From Escherichia phage ph0021, in the sequence record OP557970.1: a DNA stretch of 64,000 nt. One strand, 5' to 3'. The notes beneath the pieces were generated by a model. That model ran no database searches. It had not been told where the DNA came from and was given only the letters and a program-made list of their open reading frames with translations. This document shows positions 18,199-28,358 of this stretch, piece after piece. Made by a program: the position numbers and the translations under genes. Position 1 is the first letter of the stretch, and the number at the start of each line of letters is the position of its first letter.

Positions 18199-18836
18199 TG
18201 AATGAACCCCAATTACTAATTGAAACTTGGGGTCAACCTGGCGAAATTATTGATGGCGTACCAATGCTTGAATCTCATGATGGAAAAGACTTAGGTTTAA
18301 AACCGGGTTTATACATCGAAGGAATATTCATGCAAGCGGAAGTCGTCAATAGAAATAAACGTCTTTATCCAAAACGTATATTAGAAAAAGCGGTAAAAGA
18401 CTATATTAATGAGCAAGTTTTAACTAAACAAGCTCTCGGAGAATTAAATCATCCTCCACGCGCTAATGTTGACCCGATGCAAGCCGCTATCATTATAGAA
18501 GATATGTGGTGGAAAGGAAATGACGTATACGGACGAGCTCGTGTTATTGAAGGTGACCATGGTCCTGGAGATAAATTAGCAGCTAATATTCGTGCCGGAT
18601 GGATTCCAGGAGTTTCTTCTCGTGGATTAGGTTCATTGACTGACACGAATAAAGGTTATCGTATCGTAAACGAAGGATTCAAATTAACTGTAGGTGTTGA
18701 TGCAGTATGGGGTCCAAGTGCTCCAGATGCATGGGTAACTCCTAAGGAAATTACCGAATCACAGACGGCGGAAGCCGATACAAGTGCCGATGACGCCTAT
18801 ATGGCTCTCGCAGAGGCCATGAAAAAAGCGTTATAA
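18198..18836 (+). CDS. 21: prohead core scaffold protein and maturation protease gp21
   Basis: 212-aa ORF, T4 gp21 length and position. Confidence 0.9.
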   Translation: MNEPQLLIETWGQPGEIIDGVPMLESHDGKDLGLKPGLYIEGIFMQAEVVNRNKRLYPKRILEKAVKDYINEQVLTKQALGELNHPPRANVDPMQAAIIIEDMWWKGNDVYGRARVIEGDHGPGDKLAANIRAGWIPGVSSRGLGSLTDTNKGYRIVNEGFKLTVGVDAVWGPSAPDAWVTPKEITESQTAEADTSADDAYMALAEAMKKAL

Positions 18837-18839
18837 ATA
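18832..18839 (+). promoter_or_regulatory. late promoter for gene 22
   Basis: TATAAATA overlapping the gp21 stop codon, 28 bp upstream of the gp22 ATG. Confidence 0.65.
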
Positions 18840-18866
18840 TTATTATCTAAACAACAGGACTACAAA

Positions 18867-19676
18867 ATGCTTAAAGAACAACTGATTGCCGAAGCGCAGA
18901 AAATTGATGCTTCCGTTGCTCTTGATAGTATTTTCGAATCAGTTAATATTTCTCCGGAAGCAAAAGAAACTTTCGGCACTGTATTCGAAGCTACCGTCAA
19001 GCAGCACGCCGTTAAATTAGCTGAATCTCATATCGCTAAAATTGCTGAAAAAGCAGAAGAAGAAGTAGAAAAAAATAAAGAAGAAGCAGAAGAAAAAGCT
19101 GAGAAGAAAATCGCTGAGCAAGCTTCTAAATTCCTTGACCATCTTGCAAAAGAATGGCTCACTGAAAATAAATTAGCAGTTGATAAAGGCATCAAAGCCG
19201 AACTGTTTGAATCCATGCTTGGTGGATTAAAAGAGCTCTTTGTTGAACACAACGTTGTTGTTCCAGAAGAATCAGTTGATGTTGTAGCTGAAATGGAAGA
19301 AGAGCTGCAAGAACATAAAGAAGAATCAGCTCGTCTGTTCGAAGAACTCAATATGCGCGACGCATATATCAATTATGTGCAGCGTGAAGTGGCATTGAGC
19401 GAAAGTACTAAAGATCTGACTGAGTCTCAAAAAGAAAAAGTCTCTGCTCTGGTCGAAGGTATGGATTATTCAGATGAATTCTCAAATAAATTGAGTGCCA
19501 TCGTAGAAATGGTGAAGAAGTCTAATAAAGATGAAAGCACTATTACTGAGGGTATAAATACTCCTGATACTGAAGCAGCCGGACTGAATTTCGTCACTGA
19601 AGCTGTAGAAGATAAATCTGCACAAGGTGCAGAAGATATTGTAAGTGTATATGCGAAAGTCGCATCTCGTTTCTAA
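18867..19676 (+). CDS. 22: major prohead scaffolding core protein gp22
   Basis: 269-aa, highly charged, Glu/Lys-rich helical protein; late promoter upstream. Confidence 0.9.
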   Translation: MLKEQLIAEAQKIDASVALDSIFESVNISPEAKETFGTVFEATVKQHAVKLAESHIAKIAEKAEEEVEKNKEEAEEKAEKKIAEQASKFLDHLAKEWLTENKLAVDKGIKAELFESMLGGLKELFVEHNVVVPEESVDVVAEMEEELQEHKEESARLFEELNMRDAYINYVQREVALSESTKDLTESQKEKVSALVEGMDYSDEFSNKLSAIVEMVKKSNKDESTITEGINTPDTEAAGLNFVTEAVEDKSAQGAEDIVSVYAKVASRF

Positions 19677-19694
19677 TTTTAAAGGTTAACACAA

Positions 19695-21260
19695 ATGACT
19701 ATCAAAACTAAAGCTGAACTTTTGAACAAATGGAAGCCATTACTGGAAGGTGAAGGTTTACCGGAAATTGCTAATAGCAAACAAGCGATTATCGCTAAAA
19801 TCTTTGAAAACCAGGAAAAAGATTTCCAGACAGCTCCGGAATATAAAGACGAAAAAATTGCTCAGGCATTCGGTTCTTTCTTAACAGAAGCTGAAATCGG
19901 TGGTGACCACAGTTACAATGCTACCAACATCGCTGCAGGTCAGACTTCTGGAGCAGTAACTCAGATTGGCCCAGCTGTTATGGGTATGGTACGTCGTGCT
20001 ATTCCTAACCTGATTGCTTTCGATATTTGTGGTGTTCAGCCAATGAACAGCCCGACTGGCCAGGTATTTGCTCTCCGTGCAGTATATGGTAAAGACCCTA
20101 TCGCTGCTGGCGCTAAAGAAGCTTTCCATCCAATGTATGCCCCAGACGCGATGTTCTCTGGACAGGGTGCTGCTAAGAAATTCCCAGCTCTGGCTGCTGA
20201 CACTACTACTGTTGTAGGTGATATCTATACTCACTTCTTCCAAGAAACTGGTACTGTATATCTGCAAGCTTCTGCTATCGTAACACTTGATTCTAGTGCA
20301 ACTGATGCAGCTAAATTAGATGCAGAAGTTAAGAAACAAATGGAAGCTGGTGCACTGGTAGAAATCGCTGAAGGTATGGCTACTTCTATCGCTGAACTCC
20401 AGGAAGGTTTCAACGGTTCTACCGATAACCCATGGAATGAAATGGGCTTCCGTATCGATAAACAAGTTATCGAAGCTAAATCTCGCCAACTGAAAGCTGC
20501 TTACTCTATCGAATTAGCACAAGACCTCCGTGCTGTTCACGGTATGGATGCTGATGCTGAACTGTCTGGTATTCTGGCTACAGAAATCATGCTGGAAATC
20601 AACCGTGAAGTTGTTGATTGGATTAACTACTCAGCTCAGGTTGGTAAATCTGGTATGACCCTGACTCCGGGTTCTAAAGCTGGCGTATTTGACTTCCAGG
20701 ACCCAATCGATATTCGTGGTGCTCGCTGGGCAGGTGAATCCTTTAAAGCTCTGTTGTTCCAGATTGACAAAGAAGCAGTTGAAATTGCTCGTCAGACCGG
20801 TCGTGGTGAAGGTAACTTCATTATCGCTTCCCGTAACGTAGTTAACGTTCTGGCTTCAGTTGATACCGGCATTTCTTATGCTGCACAGGGTCTGGCTACC
20901 GGCTTTAACACTGATACTACCAAGTCAGTATTTGCTGGTGTTCTGGGTGGTAAATACCGTGTATATATCGACCAGTATGCTAAACAGGATTATTTCACTG
21001 TAGGTTATAAAGGTCCGAACGAAATGGATGCTGGTATTTACTACGCTCCATATGTAGCTCTGACTCCGCTGCGTGGTTCCGATCCGAAGAACTTCCAACC
21101 GGTAATGGGATTCAAAACTCGTTACGGTATCGGTATCAACCCATTTGCAGAATCCGCTGCTCAGGCTCCGGCTTCTCGCATCCAGAGCGGTATGCCTTCT
21201 ATTCTGAATAGCCTTGGTAAAAACGCTTACTTCCGCCGTGTATATGTTAAAGGTATCTAA
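19695..21260 (+). CDS. 23: major capsid protein gp23
   Basis: 521-aa ORF starting MTIKTKAELLNKWKPLLEGEGLPEIANSKQAIIAKIF, recognised as T-even gp23. Confidence 0.97.
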   Translation: MTIKTKAELLNKWKPLLEGEGLPEIANSKQAIIAKIFENQEKDFQTAPEYKDEKIAQAFGSFLTEAEIGGDHSYNATNIAAGQTSGAVTQIGPAVMGMVRRAIPNLIAFDICGVQPMNSPTGQVFALRAVYGKDPIAAGAKEAFHPMYAPDAMFSGQGAAKKFPALAADTTTVVGDIYTHFFQETGTVYLQASAIVTLDSSATDAAKLDAEVKKQMEAGALVEIAEGMATSIAELQEGFNGSTDNPWNEMGFRIDKQVIEAKSRQLKAAYSIELAQDLRAVHGMDADAELSGILATEIMLEINREVVDWINYSAQVGKSGMTLTPGSKAGVFDFQDPIDIRGARWAGESFKALLFQIDKEAVEIARQTGRGEGNFIIASRNVVNVLASVDTGISYAAQGLATGFNTDTTKSVFAGVLGGKYRVYIDQYAKQDYFTVGYKGPNEMDAGIYYAPYVALTPLRGSDPKNFQPVMGFKTRYGIGINPFAESAAQAPASRIQSGMPSILNSLGKNAYFRRVYVKGI

Positions 21261-21275
21261 TCTTTGACGATTTAA

Positions 21276-21300
21276 GGGACCTTCGGGTCCCTTTAGTTGT
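21276..21300 (+). terminator. intrinsic terminator after gene 23
   Basis: GGGACC-TTCG-GGTCCC hairpin followed by a T-rich tract. Confidence 0.65.
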
Positions 21301-21308
21301 TTTTATGG

Positions 21309-21316
21309 TATAAATA
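21309..21316 (+). promoter_or_regulatory. late promoter for gene 24
   Basis: TATAAATA about 28 bp upstream of the gp24 ATG. Confidence 0.65.
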
Positions 21317-21343
21317 AATCATATAAACCAAAAGGAAAGCGCA

Positions 21344-22627
21344 ATGGCTAAAATCAACGAACTTCTGCGCGAATCAACCACAACGAATAGCAACTCAATC
21401 GGTCGCCCAAATCTCGTTGCTTTGACTCGCGCTACCACTAAATTAATATATTCTGACATTGTAGCAACGCAAAGAACTAATCAACCTGTTGCTGCTTTTT
21501 ATGGTATCAAATACCTTAACCCAGACAACGAATTTACATTTAAAACTGGTGCTACTTATGCTGGCGAAGCTGGATATGTAGACCGAGAACAAATCACAGA
21601 ATTAACAGAAGAGTCTAAATTAACTCTCAATAAAGGCGATTTATTCAAATATAATAATATCGTTTATAAAGTATTAGAAGATACACCATTTGCTGATATT
21701 GAAGAAAGCGATTTAGAATTAGCTCTTCAGATTGCAATCGTTCTTTTAAAGGTTCGTCTATTTTCTGATGCAGCGTCAACAAGCAAATTTGAAAGCTCTG
21801 ATAGCGAAATTGCTGATGCTAGATTCCAGATTAATAAATGGCAAACCGCAGTTAAATCTCGTAAACTTAAAACTGGTATCACAGTTGAATTAGCACAAGA
21901 TTTAGAAGCAAACGGATTCGATGCTCCTAATTTCTTGGAAGATTTGCTTGCAACCGAAATGGCAGATGAAATCAATAAAGATATTCTGCAGTCTTTGATT
22001 ACAGTATCAAAACGTTATAAAGTTACAGGAATTACTGATACTGGATTCATTGATTTGAGTTATGCATCTGCACCTGAAGCTGGTCGTTCATTATACCGAA
22101 TGGTGTGTGAAATGGTTTCACATATCCAGAAAGAATCAACTTATACTGCAACGTTCTGTGTTGCTTCAGCTCGTGCTGCTGCGATTCTTGCTGCATCAGG
22201 TTGGTTAAAACATAAACCAGAAGATGATAAATATCTTTCACAAAATGCCTACGGGTTCTTAGCTAATGGTTTACCGCTTTATTGCGATACTAACAGCCCA
22301 TTAGATTATGTAATCGTTGGTGTGGTAGAAAATATTGGCGAAAAAGAAATTGTTGGGTCAATTTTCTATGCTCCGTATACAGAAGGTCTTGACTTAGATG
22401 ACCCTGAACATGTAGGTGCATTTAAAGTTGTAGTTGATCCAGAAAGTTTGCAGCCATCTATCGGTTTATTAGTTAGATATGCTTTATCTGCAAATCCTTA
22501 TACTGTAGCAAAAGATGAAAAAGAAGCAAGAGTAATTGATGGTGGAGACATGGATAAAATGGCGGGTCGTTCAGATTTGTCTGTTTTATTAGGCGTTAAG
22601 CTACCAAAAATTATTGTTGATGAATAA
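21344..22627 (+). CDS. 24: capsid vertex protein gp24
   Basis: 427-aa ORF, T4 gp24 length; terminator and late promoter in the 84-bp gap after gene 23. Confidence 0.93.
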   Translation: MAKINELLRESTTTNSNSIGRPNLVALTRATTKLIYSDIVATQRTNQPVAAFYGIKYLNPDNEFTFKTGATYAGEAGYVDREQITELTEESKLTLNKGDLFKYNNIVYKVLEDTPFADIEESDLELALQIAIVLLKVRLFSDAASTSKFESSDSEIADARFQINKWQTAVKSRKLKTGITVELAQDLEANGFDAPNFLEDLLATEMADEINKDILQSLITVSKRYKVTGITDTGFIDLSYASAPEAGRSLYRMVCEMVSHIQKESTYTATFCVASARAAAILAASGWLKHKPEDDKYLSQNAYGFLANGLPLYCDTNSPLDYVIVGVVENIGEKEIVGSIFYAPYTEGLDLDDPEHVGAFKVVVDPESLQPSIGLLVRYALSANPYTVAKDEKEARVIDGGDMDKMAGRSDLSVLLGVKLPKIIVDE

Positions 22628-22633
22628 AACAAA

Positions 22634-22655
22634 GGGACCGAAAGGTCCCTTTTTA
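22634..22655. terminator. bidirectional terminator between convergent genes 24 and rnlB
   Basis: GGGACC-GAAA-GGTCCC hairpin flanked by A-run and T-run. Confidence 0.7.
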
Positions 22656-22656
22656 T

Positions 22657-23661
22657 TTAGCTCACCAACTCAATCCAAGCTGGACGAAGTACATCTTGTA
22701 CCATTTTAACTAATTCCTTTTTAATCAAAGAAGGATTATCTGCTTGAGTTAGAGTAATACCTTCACGAGAAGTTTCTTCCAAAATATCTTGAACAGTTAA
22801 TCCCATCACCTTTCCAAAATCTTTTGGACCAATTTCACCAATTTTAGAAATAACGTTATTTACTCGGTTCAGTGTAACGTAGCAAGCTAAAATTCCCAGC
22901 AATTTATTATCAGCTTCTGACAGCTCAACTTTAGCTTTAATAGGCTTATCAGACTTTTTCTTTTCACTAAATTTGGAATTCTTGCATTTAATAGCTACAC
23001 GATTGCCATTAGGCATCCAAGAAGGATAACAAGGTTTCAATACATATCCTTCAGCGGTAAATACTTCGCCTTTTGCTTCGGCATTCCAAACGCATTTATT
23101 TGCATCAACTAATCCAGCATGGTCTACTGTAAAATTATAATCTTGGACGACAGAATCTAAATCATTTGGCAATTTAATAAGCTCTTCAAATTTACCGCGA
23201 CCTAAAAGTGGAGCCATTTTAAATTTAAATGTATTGCAGAATGATTCCATCATATAATCGTCGACATAAGTCACATCACCACTTTCTGTAGTGACAATAA
23301 TGTCAAATACATAAAAATCTTTATCGCCATAATCAACATTCTTCTGAATGCCAGGTCCAGCGAATTCGCCAAAGACTTGATAAGATACAACAGCTGAGGT
23401 TTCCATAATATCTTGTACTGCTTTAATGGAATCAGCGTAATTCTTTAGAATAATTTCATACCCAAAGAAATCTTCAGCAGGAAGAATCGGTCCAGTACGT
23501 TTAGCGCAAGTTACTTTATCACGCTCAATAATCAATGAGAAATTTGTACCATGAATCTTTTCACGAGCTACCCACTCGCCGCCAGTCAATCCCAAGCTAT
23601 AAAGTTTTTCAATAAATTTAGAGTTGTAATGATTTTCAAGACTGCTATACTTTTTAAACAT
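22657..23661 (-). CDS. rnlB: RNA ligase 2 (RnlB)
   Basis: 334-aa ORF with nucleotidyltransferase motif I KxHGxN (EKIHGTNFS); position after gene 24. Confidence 0.88.
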   Translation of the reverse strand: MFKKYSSLENHYNSKFIEKLYSLGLTGGEWVAREKIHGTNFSLIIERDKVTCAKRTGPILPAEDFFGYEIILKNYADSIKAVQDIMETSAVVSYQVFGEFAGPGIQKNVDYGDKDFYVFDIIVTTESGDVTYVDDYMMESFCNTFKFKMAPLLGRGKFEELIKLPNDLDSVVQDYNFTVDHAGLVDANKCVWNAEAKGEVFTAEGYVLKPCYPSWMPNGNRVAIKCKNSKFSEKKKSDKPIKAKVELSEADNKLLGILACYVTLNRVNNVISKIGEIGPKDFGKVMGLTVQDILEETSREGITLTQADNPSLIKKELVKMVQDVLRPAWIELVS

Positions 23662-23670
23662 AATTAATCC

Positions 23671-23949
23671 TCAAAATGTAATTTCTAACCAATCACCATC
23701 ACGCTGATCACTATTGACTTTAAAGCTAAATCCTTCTTTTCTCAGCCAATCACCAATTTCTTCAGTAATCAATTTATCGCGAGCAGTACAATAATAATTA
23801 AAATGTGTTTTACCTTGTTCAGCTGCTTTATTAGCAAGTTCCGAAAAATCTTTAATAAAACACTCTAGCTTAAACTGTTTACTTTTGAATGCTTTTTCTC
23901 GTAATTGATTAGCAAAAGATTCATTTTCATAAAGATCATACTGTTCCAT
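23671..23949 (-). CDS. hypothetical protein (T4 24.2 position)
   Basis: 92-aa ORF between rnlB and hoc. Confidence 0.55.
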   Translation of the reverse strand: MEQYDLYENESFANQLREKAFKSKQFKLECFIKDFSELANKAAEQGKTHFNYYCTARDKLITEEIGDWLRKEGFSFKVNSDQRDGDWLEITF

Positions 23950-23952
23950 TTT

Positions 23953-24150
23953 TCACCTTTTATTAATATGTCTTTTTCTATAGACAACTTTTTCTCGAGT
24001 TTCAAATTTATTCTTAGCAGTCATAGCTCGAGCCCATAATACAGCCACTTCTTTTGCCTGTAAGTTTAATTCACGAGCAATTTCAATGAATGACTTTCCA
24101 GACTCATGAAGAGTAAACACCACAACCTCAGTTCTCATAATCAATCTCAT
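23953..24150 (-). CDS. hypothetical protein (T4 24.3 position)
   Basis: 65-aa basic ORF between rnlB and hoc. Confidence 0.5.
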   Translation of the reverse strand: MRLIMRTEVVVFTLHESGKSFIEIARELNLQAKEVAVLWARAMTAKNKFETREKVVYRKRHINKR

Positions 24151-24219
24151 GTTATCGAGTTGATGCCATTATATACATCATTTTCTGATTGTGTTTTGTG
24201 TGCTTTCAAAATGAAGAAA

Positions 24220-24233
24220 GGGGCCGAAGCCCC
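24220..24233 (-). terminator. terminator hairpin downstream of hoc
   Basis: GGGGC-CGAA-GCCCC followed on the - strand by a T-rich tract. Confidence 0.55.
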
Positions 24234-24239
24234 TTATGA

Positions 24240-25373
24240 TTATGGATAGGTATAGATGATACCAGTTTCTAAAGCAGTTTTGTGAATGATGTATCCATTA
24301 CGCGATTCTTGGACATCAACTTCTGGATAGTCTTTCATCATCTTCTGAAGAGTGTAACGATGCAGGTAGTATTTACTATCTGGATCTTCAGTTTTCCAAT
24401 CTTTACCTTCTTCGGTCATTTTTTGGATTTCATCCATAACCCACCAACCGCACCAAATGTAAGCTGAAGTACGATGTGGAAGAGGATGAACATAAGGTAG
24501 TTCACCTTCTGGTTCTGGAGCAACTTTATCAGTCACTTGAACTTGACCTTCTGCTGTAATAGTTTTGCTATCGTAATCAGTTGCAGTAATAGTTGCAGTA
24601 ACTTCAATAGTTTGACTTCCAATAGATGAGGTATCAACGGTATATACATTAGTTGACCCTTCTACAGGAAAAGAATCTTTCTTCCATGAATACGCAATTT
24701 GCGCTTCTTCTGGAGCATCAGTGACATTAGCAGTAAATGTAGCCGAAGCATCTTGTTGAACGTTAATAGAAGGAGGAGTCAATGTAACCTGTGGATTCAT
24801 TGTCTTCTTATTAACTGTTAATGATACTTCATTCGAAGTAACTTCCTTTTCATTGTAATTTTCAGCAGTTACTTGGGCTACGCATTTAATTCTTTTTACT
24901 CCACTTGTAGTTGGAGTATATCTAAATGTAGAGTTAGTTTCTCCACCAACTTGTGAATCATCTACATACCACTGATACGTAGCAGATGCTCCATCAGGTT
25001 GAGAAGCCAAAGCAGCAGTAAATTCAACAGCTGTTCCAATCACTCCAGCCGCAGGACTAGCAGGAGTTACGGCTAAGGTAGTTGTCTGTGTCTTATTTTG
25101 AACTGTGATAGTTGTAGTAGCTTCTGCTGTTTCAGCATCAGTATCTGGGACTGGGTTTGTTGCAACTACTTTAATAGTCTTTTGACCGGCAGGTCCTTTT
25201 AATACATAACTAAAAGTTGCTTCAGCTCCATCTTGTGGAACATCATCTACAGTCCAAGCATAGGTAATAGTTCCGTCTCCAGTTTGACCACTGGGTGTAG
25301 CAGTAAACTGCTTAGTTTCATCAATAACCCCCCCTGTCGGTGTTTTAGGAGTTATATCAACTGTAAAAGCCAT
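24240..25373 (-). CDS. hoc: highly immunogenic outer capsid protein Hoc (Ig-like domains)
   Basis: 377-aa ORF, Thr/Val-rich beta-sandwich repeats; T4 Hoc length and position. Confidence 0.88.
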   Translation of the reverse strand: MAFTVDITPKTPTGGVIDETKQFTATPSGQTGDGTITYAWTVDDVPQDGAEATFSYVLKGPAGQKTIKVVATNPVPDTDAETAEATTTITVQNKTQTTTLAVTPASPAAGVIGTAVEFTAALASQPDGASATYQWYVDDSQVGGETNSTFRYTPTTSGVKRIKCVAQVTAENYNEKEVTSNEVSLTVNKKTMNPQVTLTPPSINVQQDASATFTANVTDAPEEAQIAYSWKKDSFPVEGSTNVYTVDTSSIGSQTIEVTATITATDYDSKTITAEGQVQVTDKVAPEPEGELPYVHPLPHRTSAYIWCGWWVMDEIQKMTEEGKDWKTEDPDSKYYLHRYTLQKMMKDYPEVDVQESRNGYIIHKTALETGIIYTYP

Positions 25374-25382
25374 AAGTTATCC

Positions 25383-26063
25383 TTATTTTAATGTTACGAA
25401 AGAAGAATTGCGTGTTTCACGAATTAAAACTGATCCGTCACGGTTAATGTAATAAATTAAGCTAAATAAAGTTTGGTGTGCTGATGCATGCTCAAAACTA
25501 GTTGGGTGAGATTTCCAATCCGGAGTTTCAGCAATCCATTGATAAATCCACCAAGGAACAGTGCAGAATCCTGGATTTTTTCCAATCAGCTGAAGATTTG
25601 GGCTAAAGTTTTCCGGAAGAGTAAATACAGACGGCTTTTCAGATTCAATAATCTCAGCTATAGCCTGTTCAAATTTTTCTTCAACAAAAGGAGTATCTTC
25701 AATCAAAACTGAGGTATTTTCAGGAATTTTATCCGTTTCTACTACTTCAATTTTAATGTCAGATTTAACCGGAGAATCAATCAGAAGTGCTGCTTCTGGA
25801 TTGACTTCTTCATCGTCATATTTTAACCCCTCTGCAGCATCAGCAGCATCAATTAAGTCTTTAATAGATAACCCATCAGTCTCCGGCATAGGTTCACTAG
25901 CGAGCTTCTGGAGGGCTTCTTCAATATCAACAACGATATTATCAAAAGATTTATTCTTTTTGACCTTTATACCAAACTGTTCAGCATATTCAGCTAATTT
26001 AGCTTTAGCTTCTTTGTTATCATCAAGAGCCTTCAGCTCTGCAATATAATCTTTATCTATCAT
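25383..26063 (-). CDS. inh: prohead protease inhibitor Inh
   Basis: 226-aa ORF adjacent to hoc, T4 Inh length. Confidence 0.8.
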   Translation of the reverse strand: MIDKDYIAELKALDDNKEAKAKLAEYAEQFGIKVKKNKSFDNIVVDIEEALQKLASEPMPETDGLSIKDLIDAADAAEGLKYDDEEVNPEAALLIDSPVKSDIKIEVVETDKIPENTSVLIEDTPFVEEKFEQAIAEIIESEKPSVFTLPENFSPNLQLIGKNPGFCTVPWWIYQWIAETPDWKSHPTSFEHASAHQTLFSLIYYINRDGSVLIRETRNSSFVTLK

Positions 26064-26076
26064 AATATTTCCTCAG

Positions 26077-26084
26077 TATAAATA
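26077..26084 (+). promoter_or_regulatory. late promoter for uvsW
   Basis: TATAAATA about 30 bp upstream of the uvsW ATG. Confidence 0.6.
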
Positions 26085-26113
26085 TAGATATATTTATTAC
26101 ATGGTATTTAGAC

Positions 26114-27625
26114 ATGACTGACATTAAAGTACATTTTTATGATTTTAGTCACGTGAGAATTGATTGTGAAGAAAGTACATTTCATGAACTCCGTGATTTC
26201 TTTAGCTTTGAAGCTGATGGGTATCGTTTTAATCCGAAGTACAGATATGGCCACTGGGATGGACGAATCCGTCTGTTAGATTATAATCGTCTTCTTCCAT
26301 TCGGCTTAGTCGGGCAAATTAAAAAGTTCTGTGATAACTTTGGCTATAAAGCCTGGATTGACCCACAAATTAACGAAAAAGAAGAATTATCAAGAAAAGA
26401 TTTTGATGAATGGCTTTCTAAATTAGAAATCTATTCAGGAAATAAAAGAATTGAACCCCACTGGTATCAAAAAGATGCAGTGTTCGAAGGATTAGTTAAT
26501 CGTCGTAGAATTCTTAATCTTCCAACTTCGGCTGGTAAATCTTTAATTCAAGCTTTGCTTGCGCGATATTATTTTGAAAATTATGAAGGTAAAATTCTTA
26601 TCATTGTTCCAACAACTGCTCTGACAACTCAGATGGCTGATGACTTCGTCGACTATCGTCTATTCAGTCATGCAATGATAAAGAAAATTGGTGGCGGAGC
26701 ATCAAAAGATGATAAATATAAAAATGATGCGCCAGTCGTTGTTGGTACATGGCAAACTGTAGTAAAACAACCAAAAGAATGGTTCTCACAGTTTGGAATG
26801 ATGATGAATGATGAATGCCATCTTGCTACAGGAAAAAGTATTTCATCTATCATATCAGGATTAAATAACTGTATGTTTAAATTTGGTCTATCTGGTTCAT
26901 TACGTGATGGCAAAGCCAATATCATGCAGTATGTTGGAATGTTCGGTGAAATATTTAAGCCAGTAACGACTTCTAAGTTAATGGAAGATGGACAAGTAAC
27001 TGAGCTAAAAATTAATAGTATTTTTCTTCGTTATCCTGATGAGTTCACTACTAAATTAAAGGGAAAAACTTATCAAGAAGAAATAAAAATTATTACGGGG
27101 CTTAGTAAAAGAAATAAATGGATCGCTAAATTAGCTATTAAGCTTGCGCAGAAAGATGAAAACGCTTTTGTCATGTTTAAACATGTATCGCATGGTAAAG
27201 CTATTTTCGATTTAATTAAAAATGAATACGATAAAGTTTATTACGTATCAGGGGAAGTTGATACCGAAACCCGCAATATAATGAAAACCTTAGCTGAAAA
27301 TGGTAAAGGAATAATTATAGTAGCTAGTTATGGTGTATTTTCTACTGGTATTTCAGTTAAAAATCTGCATCATGTTGTTTTAGCGCACGGTGTTAAATCA
27401 AAAATCATTGTATTACAAACAATCGGTCGTGTATTACGTAAGCATGGTTCTAAAACAATTGCAACAGTCTGGGACCTCATAGATGACGCAGGCGTCAAGC
27501 CAAAATCTGCTAATACGAAAAAGAAATATGTTCATTTGAACTATCTTTTAAAACACGGCATTGATCGTATTCAGCGCTACGCAGATGAAAAATTTAATTA
27601 CGTAATGAAAACAGTTAATTTATAA
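26114..27625 (+). CDS. uvsW: UvsW DNA/RNA helicase (SF2)
   Basis: 503-aa ORF with Walker A (TSAGKS) and DECH box; T4 UvsW length. Confidence 0.92.
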   Translation: MTDIKVHFYDFSHVRIDCEESTFHELRDFFSFEADGYRFNPKYRYGHWDGRIRLLDYNRLLPFGLVGQIKKFCDNFGYKAWIDPQINEKEELSRKDFDEWLSKLEIYSGNKRIEPHWYQKDAVFEGLVNRRRILNLPTSAGKSLIQALLARYYFENYEGKILIIVPTTALTTQMADDFVDYRLFSHAMIKKIGGGASKDDKYKNDAPVVVGTWQTVVKQPKEWFSQFGMMMNDECHLATGKSISSIISGLNNCMFKFGLSGSLRDGKANIMQYVGMFGEIFKPVTTSKLMEDGQVTELKINSIFLRYPDEFTTKLKGKTYQEEIKIITGLSKRNKWIAKLAIKLAQKDENAFVMFKHVSHGKAIFDLIKNEYDKVYYVSGEVDTETRNIMKTLAENGKGIIIVASYGVFSTGISVKNLHHVVLAHGVKSKIIVLQTIGRVLRKHGSKTIATVWDLIDDAGVKPKSANTKKKYVHLNYLLKHGIDRIQRYADEKFNYVMKTVNL

Positions 27626-27637
27626 GGGCTTCGGCCC
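27626..27637 (+). terminator. hairpin between uvsW and uvsW.1
   Basis: GGGC-TTCG-GCCC immediately after the uvsW stop, followed by TTT and a GGAG ribosome-binding site. Confidence 0.4.
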
Positions 27638-27650
27638 TTTGGAGAAAAAG

Positions 27651-27881
27651 ATGTTACTAGAATTTAAACAATTTCTTTATGAAGCTTCTATTGATGAATT
27701 TATGGGTAAAATTGCCTCTTGTCAAACATTAGAAGGTTTAGAAGAACTTGAAGCTTATTATAAGAAAAGAGTTAAAGAAACAGAACTCAAAGATACTGAT
27801 GATATCTCAGTCAGAGATGCTTTGGCAGGAAAAAGAGCTGAATTAGAAGATTCAGACGATGAAGTAGAAGAAAGCTTTTAA
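27651..27881 (+). CDS. uvsW.1: UvsW.1 small acidic protein
   Basis: 76-aa ORF from ATG at 27651 with GGAG ribosome-binding site; ORF track opens at a TTG at 27639. Confidence 0.7.
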   Translation: MLLEFKQFLYEASIDEFMGKIASCQTLEGLEELEAYYKKRVKETELKDTDDISVRDALAGKRAELEDSDDEVEESF

Positions 27882-27937
27882 ATTAAAAAAGGCCCAACCA
27901 AAAAAGGAAGGGCCAAAACTATAGACTAAAGGTCACA

Positions 27938-28105
27938 CTATAGCAAAAGTTGTGTTTCATTTAATTGTTCTTCCGAACTTTCTGAAACTGGTAGTTCTTT
28001 AATGTAATTATAGCAAGGCCCAGGATGTACAGGACCTTTGTCTGTTTCAACAACCAATGCAGAATCGATTGGAGTTTTACAGACAACACAAATCTTATCT
28101 GACAT
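27938..28105 (-). CDS. small Cys-rich protein (T4 uvsY.-2 position), 55 aa
   Basis: Hand-translated: MSDKICVVCKTPIDS...HPGPCYNY...; GAGGAGA ribosome-binding site and TATAAATA late promoter directly upstream. Below the ORF-track size cutoff. Confidence 0.55.
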   Translation of the reverse strand: MSDKICVVCKTPIDSALVVETDKGPVHPGPCYNYIKELPVSESSEEQLNETQLLL

Positions 28106-28130
28106 GATTGTCTCCTCTGAATTATATATC

Positions 28131-28138
28131 TATTTATA
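28131..28138 (-). promoter_or_regulatory. late promoter for the small Cys-rich ORF
   Basis: Minus-strand TATAAATA about 25 bp upstream of ATG at 28105. Confidence 0.55.
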
Positions 28139-28358
28139 CAACTCTCATATGCATATCAATGCCCATATCTTTAGAATAAAAATATTCATCAAGATATCCG
28201 GCAAATTTTCCTTTAATATAAAGGACATCTTCACCACACGGGTGATCGGCCAGGATACGAATATCCTGACGCTTGAGATTATACTTTTTCATTAAGAATT
28301 GAATTTCCGTTTCAAATTCTTCTTCATAATTAAAAGCATCATCAATGCTATATCTCAT
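28134..28358 (-). CDS. hypothetical protein (T4 uvsY.-1 position)
   Basis: 74-aa ORF; its start overlaps the uvsY stop. Confidence 0.6.
   Translation of the reverse strand: MRYSIDDAFNYEEEFETEIQFLMKKYNLKRQDIRILADHPCGEDVLYIKGKFAGYLDEYFYSKDMGIDMHMRVV

Noticed and set aside
19028-19372. 114-aa - strand Ser-rich ORF inside gene 22
   Set aside because: Antisense to the Glu/Lys-rich scaffold gene; composition is a mirror artefact.
26114-27881. uvsW and uvsW.1 as a single frameshifted helicase gene
   Set aside because: uvsW ends with a clean stop followed by a hairpin and a separate GGAG-ATG start; the 503 aa + 76 aa arrangement is the accepted T4 organisation.
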